IMG/VR virus record: IMGVR_UViG_2698536570_000009
Span: 1-42,963 of that record
Source of the DNA: a virus
Taxonomy: Duplodnaviria > Heunggongvirae > Uroviricota > Caudoviricetes
Length of the DNA: 42,963 nucleotides
Strand: one strand, 5' to 3'
Part shown: positions 16,865 through 23,365 of the stretch, one piece after another
How the letters are laid out: each line of letters starts with the position of its first letter
Position numbering within the stretch: the first letter of the stretch is position 1
Position numbers and translations under genes: made by a program
The notes under the pieces: model-generated
The model's database searches: none
What the model was told of the DNA's origin: nothing
Seen by the model: the letters and a program-made list of their open reading frames with translations, nothing else

Positions 16865-17959
16865 ATGAACCTTGAAAACACAGTGAAATACCACTTCGCT
16901 AAATCCACACTGATTAGCGATTCTCCGCGCGCTACCGCCTCCGATTCACTGACCGGTACCGACATAATGGCTGCCATGGGCATGACGCAGGAACGCGCCG
17001 CAATGGGTTACAGCGCCTTCCTCGGCAAGATGGGCATAAGCAATAACGACCGGGATCGGGCGATCGGTCTGCTGGCTGAGTACGCGATGACAAAATGCGA
17101 CAAGGTTGCCGCACTGCGTAAGCTCGGTGCCGCGGTTAAACCTCAGGTGATGCACCAGTTGGCCACCTTCGCTTTTGAGGACTATTCCCGCAGCGCTGCC
17201 AGCGTGAAGCAGTGCGATTGTTGTGACGGTCAGGGGGTCAGGACCTGTATTGCTTCTCTGGAGCTTAAACCAGGCAAAATGCTTGCCCGACTCACGCGGC
17301 AAACCATCTGCACCTCCTCACCGAAGCGTGAAGAAATCATTATGACCAACGAATGGTTTTCTGACCGCCTTTGGGTATTCAAACTTACCGGAACGGCCAA
17401 AGCAGACCGGCTTCTTGAGATTTTTGCCTATGCCCGGCGTCGCTATGGCATTGAGCTGTTCGTCATAGATAACCTGGCTAAATGTGGTTTAGACGAAGAA
17501 GACTACACAGGTCAGAAAGACTTCATCGATACCCTTTGCGACTTCAAGAACGAACATAACTGTCACGTCCTGCTGGTTACCCATGCCAGAAAAACAAACG
17601 ACTCCGCTCCAACCGGAAAGATGGACGTAAAAGGCACCGGTGCTTTAACGGATATGCCCGACAACGTGATGGCCGTCTGGCGCAACATTCCCCGTGAGCT
17701 GGCGCAGAGAAAAGCGGACCGTATGGGTTATGAGAGCCTCGACAAAGACGAACAGGCCGCAATCAATCTTCCTGCCTCAATGATTCGCTTGTTGAAGCAA
17801 CGAGAGGGCGAAGGGTGGATCGGTGACATCGGAGCTAATTTCGACTCTCGCTCTCACCAGTTCCTGGAAGGCGAGAAAAAACCATTTAACTACCTGGTCG
17901 GTAAGCCGCAAAGCGAGTTTGATCTCGAGTGGGAAGCCAGCAACGTAACGAGGGTTTGA
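16865..17959 (+). CDS. chimeric ORF: lambda-Q-like N-terminal region (about aa 1-135) fused in frame to the C-terminal half of a DnaB-like RecA-fold helicase (Walker B present, no Walker A)
   Basis: N-terminus 'KYHFAKSTLISDSPRATASDSLTGTDIMAAMGM...ATFAFEDYSRSAA...CDCCDGQG' parallels recalled lambda Q; C-terminal 'LFVIDNLAKCG...HVLLVTHARKT...DVKGTGALTDMPDNVMAVWRN' parallels DnaB motifs ('LIVIDYLQL', 'DLRESGSIEQDADLIMFIYR'). An intact, different Q allele follows immediately. Confidence 0.6.
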   Translation: MNLENTVKYHFAKSTLISDSPRATASDSLTGTDIMAAMGMTQERAAMGYSAFLGKMGISNNDRDRAIGLLAEYAMTKCDKVAALRKLGAAVKPQVMHQLATFAFEDYSRSAASVKQCDCCDGQGVRTCIASLELKPGKMLARLTRQTICTSSPKREEIIMTNEWFSDRLWVFKLTGTAKADRLLEIFAYARRRYGIELFVIDNLAKCGLDEEDYTGQKDFIDTLCDFKNEHNCHVLLVTHARKTNDSAPTGKMDVKGTGALTDMPDNVMAVWRNIPRELAQRKADRMGYESLDKDEQAAINLPASMIRLLKQREGEGWIGDIGANFDSRSHQFLEGEKKPFNYLVGKPQSEFDLEWEASNVTRV

Positions 17960-17962
17960 GAT

Positions 17963-18799
17963 ATGAAACTTGAAGCTTCACTAAAACACTTTAGCCCTCA
18001 GGGTATGCACATCAGCGACGACGTGAAAGGAACCTCTCCGGACCGCCTTACAGGAACAGATGTAATGGCGGCAATTGGCACCACCAGCAGCCGTGCGCGC
18101 TTCGGACTGGCGGCGTTCTTCGGTAAAGCGGGAATCAGCAAAACGGATGAACAGCTCGCAGTTCAGGAGCTGGCGCGATATGCGATGGATGTCGCACCGA
18201 AGAATGTTCGCAAAGCAGCTGGTGGGCAGTTCGGATGGTGCATGCAGATGTTGGCACAATTTGCCTTTGCTGATTATTCACGTTCGGCGGCTACAAGCGT
18301 GACGTGTCACAGCTGCAGTGGTACCGGACGAACAACCCGCGAACAGATTACCCGCAAGGTTTCGTACCCATGGGGTAAAGCTCCATACTGGGCCTGCCGC
18401 TCTCGTGCTGTTCGACCGTCTGACTGGGAGCAGTGGATGGAGGTAACAGAGGTTGTACCGGCGGTCTGTGATGCTTGCGAAGGCAAGGGAACGATCAGCG
18501 CCCGTTGTCGTTGCGGCGGTAAAGGCGAGGTTCTAGACCGCAAGGCCACAAGCGAGCGCGGCGCGCCGGTGTTTAAAACCTGCGAGCGCTGCAGCGGAAA
18601 TGGATTTTCTGCGGTGCCGTCTACCGCAGCCTATAAAGTGATACTGAAGCGCGTTCCGGATCTGCACGTCAGAACATGGACTCGCAACTGGAAACCGTTT
18701 CTTGAGGCGCTGGTAAGCATTTGTCAGCAGGAGGAGGGAAACGCTGCAAGAGAATTTCAATCTGCAACCAGTTTAGGCGAAGAAGGTGACGAAATTTAG
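17963..18799 (+). CDS. late antiterminator Q (intact, 278 aa, extended zinc-finger region)
   Basis: Q-family blocks ('LTGTDVMAAIG', 'AQFAFADYSRSAA', Cys clusters 'CHSCSGTG', 'CDACEGKG', 'CRCGGKG', 'CERCSGNG'); followed by the candidate pR'/tR' unit. Confidence 0.85.
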   Translation: MKLEASLKHFSPQGMHISDDVKGTSPDRLTGTDVMAAIGTTSSRARFGLAAFFGKAGISKTDEQLAVQELARYAMDVAPKNVRKAAGGQFGWCMQMLAQFAFADYSRSAATSVTCHSCSGTGRTTREQITRKVSYPWGKAPYWACRSRAVRPSDWEQWMEVTEVVPAVCDACEGKGTISARCRCGGKGEVLDRKATSERGAPVFKTCERCSGNGFSAVPSTAAYKVILKRVPDLHVRTWTRNWKPFLEALVSICQQEEGNAAREFQSATSLGEEGDEI

Positions 18800-18818
18800 C
18801 ATTATTACGACATAAGGC

Positions 18819-18848
18819 TTGATTTTGTCCGAAGTTGTCGTGTATGCT
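18819..18848 (+). promoter_or_regulatory. candidate late promoter pR' (-35 TTGATT, 18-nt spacer, -10 TATGCT)
   Basis: Sigma70-like hexamers directly downstream of Q and about 40 nt upstream of a terminator, as for lambdoid pR'/tR'. Confidence 0.35.
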
Positions 18849-18889
18849 TCTAATCATGCGGAGTAACGCCTGAAAGATTTCAACAATAA

Positions 18890-18909
18890 GCCCCTTGCGG
18901 GGCTTTTTT
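18890..18909. terminator. rho-independent terminator (tR'-like; also terminates the convergent minus-strand moron)
   Basis: GCCCC-TTGC-GGGGC hairpin followed by T6; an A-rich tract precedes it. Confidence 0.6.
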
Positions 18910-19321
18910 ATGGCAGCGAGTTAACGAAAGAACTGAAAAGGGCCTTATCTTTATTGCTAATTGATTTTTTCAAATGTAGTTGATGATTTAAAGGTTTAAA
19001 GTTTTCCTTTGTGAGATATATACATGCTTTCTCAAAACGATCCTGAAGGAATTGAAATCTTTCATTCAGCCTGGAAACTTTTAATCCTAATGACATGACC
19101 TTCTTCTCAGGAATATCGTCAGGATTGCAATTATTGAGTTCTTCCAGCACAAGGCGAATATCTCTTTCGAAGATTAGCGCTATGTTATAATCGTTGAGGA
19201 GGCATTCAGGATTACGAACAATGCCAATTACTTCGTCGATGAATTGTGGTTTTACATTATCCTCAGCATTTTCATCTTCGTTATCGGAAGGTTTTTGAGA
19301 CATAACATTCGACAACTGCAT
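18908..19321 (-). CDS. hypothetical moron protein in an AT-rich island, convergent with Q (137 aa from the SD-supported start; ORF-track version extends to 19528)
   Basis: AT-rich coding region; SD 'AGGAAG' 4-5 nt upstream of the ATG at 19319-19321; the longer 19528 start lacks an SD and overlaps the tRNA-like gene; acidic N-terminus, no family recognised. Confidence 0.45.
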   Translation of the reverse strand: MQLSNVMSQKPSDNEDENAEDNVKPQFIDEVIGIVRNPECLLNDYNIALIFERDIRLVLEELNNCNPDDIPEKKVMSLGLKVSRLNERFQFLQDRFEKACIYLTKENFKPLNHQLHLKKSISNKDKALFSSFVNSLP

Positions 19322-19506
19322 TTCTTCCTTGGTTTTCCTTCTGGGAAGTAAAACTTTTCCATCTCCTAAAGCAGCCATACGTTTCAAAGCTTGACTCCCG
19401 GCTCGGCCAACTACTATCGCAGGCTGAGAGGTCTGTAAAATGCAATCCCGAAACAGTTCGCAGGTAATAGTTAGAGCCTGCATAACGGTTTCGGGATTTT
19501 TTATTT

Positions 19507-19581
19507 GGGTCAGTCGTATAAAGGTCATTACGGAAGGCTGTTAACCTTCTTATCGTGGTTCGAGTCCACGCTGTCCCGCCA
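19507..19581 (+). tRNA. tRNA-like gene, Asn(GUU)-like anticodon arm, non-canonical 5' half (possible pseudo-tRNA)
   Basis: 3' half is canonical (T-arm CGTGG-TTCGAGT-CCACG, acceptor plus GCCA); anticodon stem-loop GAAGG-CUGUUAA-CCTTC; acceptor stem has one T-T mismatch and the D-stem is weak. Confidence 0.45.
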
Positions 19582-19584
19582 AAT

Positions 19585-19660
19585 TCGCCTGTAGCTCAGA
19601 GGAAAGAGCAACCGCCTTCTAAGCGGTTGGTCGCTGGTTCGAATCCAGCCAGACGAGCCA
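19585..19660 (+). tRNA. tRNA-Arg (anticodon UCU)
   Basis: Cloverleaf: D-arm GCTC-AGAGGAAA-GAGC, anticodon arm ACCGC-CTTCTAA-GCGGT, T-arm GCTGG-TTCGAAT-CCAGC, 3' CCA; one C-A mismatch in the acceptor stem. Confidence 0.7.
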
Positions 19661-20165
19661 AATTCTAATCTGGTGTAATTCCACCATTTCGAGGATGTCC
19701 TCGGTATGGTTACAATCCCGCCCCATCCCCTAGCTGTGTGGGATTTACCGCATTTGTGATGATGCCGATATGGTGCATAACTGACTCGCGATTAGGTTGT
19801 GTCGTCAGCTCCACGAAACGGAGTCCATAACAGCAAAAGCCACTACCATATTGCGCATAGTAACGGAATGACGCATACGGAATAGTGGAGTGGTTTTTGC
19901 GTTGTGGTGAATGTTCTGATGGCGTCGTAAAGCGATAGCCGTGAATGCCGGATAGCAGCACCGGCCACCACAAACCAAACCCACTACCTGGGACCCTTCG
20001 GCCAGAGAGCCGACATTGCCTTACCCTCATCTTCCTGGCTTGTCGCCAGGTTTTTTATCCCAGGCCCCGGGAACCATCATCGACACGCCTACTTGTTAAA
20101 TCGTCCCGAGGGCCTGCCCCCTTTCAAACACACAGCCCCCGCTTTTAAGCCGGAGGTTAGAGACT

Positions 20166-20507
20166 ATGAAAATGCATAACGATCCCCACTCCTGGACGGA
20201 GTTTATCGAACTACTCCACAGTTGGTGGCGTGGCGAAACGCCGATGGGTGCCGTATTGCTATCGGTTGTCATGGCCGCCATGCGAATCGCTTACGGCGGT
20301 GGCGGCTGGAAGAAAATGCTCCTTGAGGGGGCAATCTGCGGAGCTCTAACCCTTACCGCTGTGTCAGCTCTTGATTACTTTAACCTTCCACAGTCTCTGT
20401 CGATAGCTATCGGCGGCGCGCTAGGGTTTGTTGGCGTAGAGCAGGTTAAGGTTATGGCTTCCCGGGTGTTTAATTCTCGCTTTGGAGGCGGTGATGCAAA
20501 TCAGTGA
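20166..20507 (+). CDS. lambda-family holin (S-like) with dual-start Met1-Lys2-Met3
   Basis: 113 aa with three hydrophobic segments and a charged C-terminus; pattern parallels recalled lambda S; SD GGAGG upstream; first gene of the lysis cassette. Confidence 0.8.
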   Translation: MKMHNDPHSWTEFIELLHSWWRGETPMGAVLLSVVMAAMRIAYGGGGWKKMLLEGAICGALTLTAVSALDYFNLPQSLSIAIGGALGFVGVEQVKVMASRVFNSRFGGGDANQ

Positions 20508-20934
20508 TAAAGGCATTGCCCTGATCAAGCAATTCGAAGGCTGCAAACTCACCGCGTACCAGGACAGCGTCGGTGTATGGACGATCGGCTATGGCTGGAC
20601 TCAGCCTGTCGACGGGAAACCAATCCACGCCGGAATGGTGATTAAGCAGGAGACGGCGGAGCGATTGCTGAAGACCGGACTGGTCAGCTATGAAAGTGAC
20701 GTATCCCGCCTGGTTAAAGTTGGTCTGACTCAGGGGCAATTCGACGCCCTGGTGTCGTTCACGTATAACCTCGGAGCCCGATCTTTATCGACATCGACTC
20801 TCCTGCGAAAACTCAACGCCGGTGATTACGCTGGCGCAGCCGATGAGTTCCTGCGCTGGAATAAAGCTGGCGGTAAAGTCCTGAACGGACTGACCCGTCG
20901 GCGTGAGGCGGAGCGCGCTCTGTTCCTGCCGTGA
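20494..20934 (+). CDS. endolysin, T4-lysozyme-like (GH24) muramidase
   Basis: Catalytic E-x8-D-x5-T spacing in '[21 protein letters not shown]'; '[12 protein letters not shown]' block; SD GGAGG; no N-terminal SAR segment. Confidence 0.9.
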   Translation: MQISDKGIALIKQFEGCKLTAYQDSVGVWTIGYGWTQPVDGKPIHAGMVIKQETAERLLKTGLVSYESDVSRLVKVGLTQGQFDALVSFTYNLGARSLSTSTLLRKLNAGDYAGAADEFLRWNKAGGKVLNGLTRRREAERALFLP

Positions 20935-21401
20935 TTAGCGCACTGGTTAAGCGTTACTGGCTACAGTTGCTGGTGCTGGCGTTAATCGGCGTGCTGGCGT
21001 TCTTCGTTAACCACTACCGCGACAACGCCATCACTTACAGAGACCAGCGCGATAAGGCCACTGAGAAACTCCTCCTGGCGACCGCCACCATTAAAGACAT
21101 GCAGACCCGCCAGCGTGATGTCGCTGCACTGGATGCCAAATACACCGGAGAACTGGCTGATGCGAAAGAAACCATTGAGCGTCTGCATAGCGATGTCATT
21201 GCTGGCCGTAAGCGGCTGCAGCTCAACGCAAACTGTCCCGCGAACGGAACGACCAGCACCGGCGGCCTGGGCGATGTTACCGGCCCCCGACTTACTGACT
21301 CCGCTGAACGGGATTATTTCACCCTCAGAGAGCGAATCGTCACAGTGACGAAACAGGTTGGATATTTGCAGGAATACATCAAAGAGCAGTGCTTAAATTG
21401 A
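20931..21401 (+). CDS. Rz-like i-spanin
   Basis: GTG start overlapping the lysozyme stop; N-terminal TM ('[16 protein letters not shown]') then coiled-coil periplasmic domain; contains the embedded Rz1 frame. Confidence 0.8.
   Translation: MISALVKRYWLQLLVLALIGVLAFFVNHYRDNAITYRDQRDKATEKLLLATATIKDMQTRQRDVAALDAKYTGELADAKETIERLHSDVIAGRKRLQLNANCPANGTTSTGGLGDVTGPRLTDSAERDYFTLRERIVTVTKQVGYLQEYIKEQCLN
21160..21348 (+). CDS. Rz1-like o-spanin (lipoprotein) embedded in the +1 frame of Rz
   Basis: Lipobox 'LLAVSGC' after a short signal sequence; Pro-rich mature region; wholly within Rz. Confidence 0.7.
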   Translation: MRKKPLSVCIAMSLLAVSGCSSTQTVPRTERPAPAAWAMLPAPDLLTPLNGIISPSESESSQ

Positions 21402-21433
21402 TGTTAAATTAACCTTTTACATACGGAGGGGTT

Positions 21434-21838
21434 ATGCAAATAGATCAAGAATACCTTAAAGGTTTGCTCGAGGCTTTCGAGGCATCGGATTCACCTGATA
21501 CCGATATTATTCGATTAAATGATTTAGGGTTCAATTGTGAAACTGACACATTTGTGTTTCATATGCGTTTGCTTGAGGATAGAGGGCTGATTATCAGGAG
21601 TGATGGAGAGCCCGGCTTTGGTGCTATTCAGTCTTTAGACGGAATGACTCACTGGGCTGTAATGCCCTTGCGATTGACCGCGATGGGGCATGACTTCTTG
21701 GATGCTCTCCGTAACAAAGAGGTTTGGGCAACATTAAAAACCGGATTCAAAGATGCCAGTATGGGCACGCTGATGACAGTTTCGAAGGAGCTGTTTAACC
21801 GAGCTCTTGCTAAGCAACTTGATAAAATGTTCGACTAA
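21434..21838 (+). CDS. hypothetical moron protein after the lysis cassette (134 aa)
   Basis: AT-richer than neighbours; own terminator directly after the stop; no family recognised. Confidence 0.5.
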   Translation: MQIDQEYLKGLLEAFEASDSPDTDIIRLNDLGFNCETDTFVFHMRLLEDRGLIIRSDGEPGFGAIQSLDGMTHWAVMPLRLTAMGHDFLDALRNKEVWATLKTGFKDASMGTLMTVSKELFNRALAKQLDKMFD

Positions 21839-21859
21839 CCGCCTACGGGCGGTTTTTTA
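21839..21859 (+). terminator. rho-independent terminator
   Basis: CCGCC-TACG-GGCGG hairpin followed by TTTTTTATT immediately after the stop codon. Confidence 0.6.
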
Positions 21860-21914
21860 TTGTCAACTTTATGAGCAAACTGATCTTAATTACTGTAACT
21901 AGGTGGTCAATGAT

Positions 21915-22556
21915 ATGGCAACGCTTAAGGACCTTTCCAGTCAGTTAAGACAGCTGCAGAAGCAAATACCGTTTGCGACTGCCCAGGCTATGACTAAAGT
22001 GGTTCGCCAGATAGAAGCGGCCCAAAAAACAGCATTTGAGCGGAAGCTGGATAATCCAACACCTTTTACAGTTAAATCGGTAGGGTCAGTTGGTGCCAGG
22101 AAAAACAGCCTTCGTGCGAAGGTGTTTGTTCGTGATACTGCTGCTGGCTACCTTGAACCCTTCGAGTTCGGCGGAGCGCACAAGCTTAATGGTGGTGCTT
22201 TGCTTAACCCGAAAGACATAAAGCTTAATAAATACGGCAACCTGCCGCGTAATAAGCTCTCTCAGCTCAAAGCAAAGCCAAACGTATTTATTGGTGACGT
22301 TGGTGGCGTGAATGCCGTGTGGCAGAGAAAAAAGCCGAAAACCAAAAAAGGGAAGAAACGGGCAAAACGTTCTCCGAACGGCACGCGCAGAGACAAGATT
22401 AAGCAACCTGCACCAAAATTGCTTATTCGGTTTGGAGACGCGCTTCCAGTCAAACCAACGCTCGGCTATATGGACAGGGCAAACACCATGGCCAACGCAT
22501 TGTTACCCTCAGCGCTGCACCAGGCGATTGCTGAGGCGATCAGCTCGGCCAGATAG
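21915..22556 (+). CDS. hypothetical phage protein with Lys/Arg-rich segment (213 aa)
   Basis: ATG 21915 with SD AGGTGG (the ORF-track start 21903 is a GTG); basic stretch 'QRKKPKTKKGKKRAKRSPNGTRRDK'; sits just upstream of the terminase-site repeats. Confidence 0.5.
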   Translation: MATLKDLSSQLRQLQKQIPFATAQAMTKVVRQIEAAQKTAFERKLDNPTPFTVKSVGSVGARKNSLRAKVFVRDTAAGYLEPFEFGGAHKLNGGALLNPKDIKLNKYGNLPRNKLSQLKAKPNVFIGDVGGVNAVWQRKKPKTKKGKKRAKRSPNGTRRDKIKQPAPKLLIRFGDALPVKPTLGYMDRANTMANALLPSALHQAIAEAISSAR

Positions 22557-22644
22557 CCCCCCCAGGGATTTTGGGTCCTTCCTGAGCCTTTTGTAAGGCA
22601 CGGGCATTGCGCGCCGCGGTGTTTTCCTAGCTACAACTTTCAGA

Positions 22645-22796
22645 TTTGTGTCCCATGTCCCACCTCTGGCGATCATTACGGACACCTCGCCAGCTCTGGC
22701 TATTCCAGTTTATTCCAGTGGGACATTCTGGTGGGACATGGCAAAAATGTCCCAGGCGAATGTCCCACCCCAGAAAATGTCCCAGGTGATGTCCCA
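22645..22796. repeat. array of eight TGTCCCA / TGGGACA heptamer copies immediately upstream of terminase small subunit (candidate cosB-like binding sites)
   Basis: 'TGTCCCATGTCCCA', 'GTGGGACATTCTGGTGGGACATGG', 'ATGTCCCAGGCGAATGTCCCA', 'ATGTCCCAGGTGATGTCCCATG'; the last copy overlaps the small-subunit ATG. Confidence 0.5.
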
Positions 22797-23365
22797 TGAC
22801 CACGATGAACCAGAGTCAGTACGCACAACATTCAGGTGTGGATCGCAAAACAATTGGCCGGTGGATTAAAGCCGGGCGCTTCATTGTGATGGACGGAGAC
22901 CTGATTGACGTAGAGGCCAGCGATGCGGCATTGAAGAAAAACCGCGATGGCAAAGACCCGCGCGCCTCGAACGCGAAGAAAAAGAAAACTCCCGTCGTTA
23001 GCGATAACGATGATGACGGTGATGAAATCAATAAAACTGTCCGCCAGATAATGCTCACTGAAGGGGCAGATCTTTCGAGAGAGGAAGCGGGACGTATCCG
23101 CGAGAATTACATGGCCCTGCAGGCAAAGCTGCAGTATGAAAAAGACAGCGGCCAGCTTATTGAGCTGACAGCAGCCGAGGAGGTTTTATTCAACGCCTTT
23201 CGCCAACAGCGTGATGCCTGGCTTAACTGGCCGTCCAGGGTGGCGCCGCTAATGGCTGCTGATCTGGATGTACCGGCGGACAGGATGACAGAGGTGCTGA
23301 TTGAACATGTCCACAAACACATCTCAGTCCTCGGAGAGCCAGAGTTTAACCCGGCAGAAGATTGA
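22796..23365 (+). CDS. terminase small subunit (Nu1-like, N-terminal HTH)
   Basis: 189 aa; N-terminal 'NQSQYAQHSGVDRKTIGRWIKAG' HTH resembles recalled Nu1 'NKKQLADIFGASIRTIQNWQEQG'; directly precedes and overlaps the large subunit. Confidence 0.7.
   Translation: MTTMNQSQYAQHSGVDRKTIGRWIKAGRFIVMDGDLIDVEASDAALKKNRDGKDPRASNAKKKKTPVVSDNDDDGDEINKTVRQIMLTEGADLSREEAGRIRENYMALQAKLQYEKDSGQLIELTAAEEVLFNAFRQQRDAWLNWPSRVAPLMAADLDVPADRMTEVLIEHVHKHISVLGEPEFNPAED

Noticed and set aside
19710-20030. 106-aa minus-strand ORF between the tRNAs and the holin
   Set aside because: No SD and odd W/G/Y-rich composition with no recognisable motif; may be a decayed remnant, but I cannot support it as a gene.
22645-22796. 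Possible CRISPR array (short repeats)
   Set aside because: Repeat unit is only 7 bp, irregularly spaced and in both orientations, with no spacer structure or cas genes; better explained as a terminase-site array.
22648-22869. 73-aa plus-strand ORF ('MSHVPPL...')
   Set aside because: Its frame is generated by the TGTCCCA repeat array and overlaps the terminase small-subunit start out of frame.
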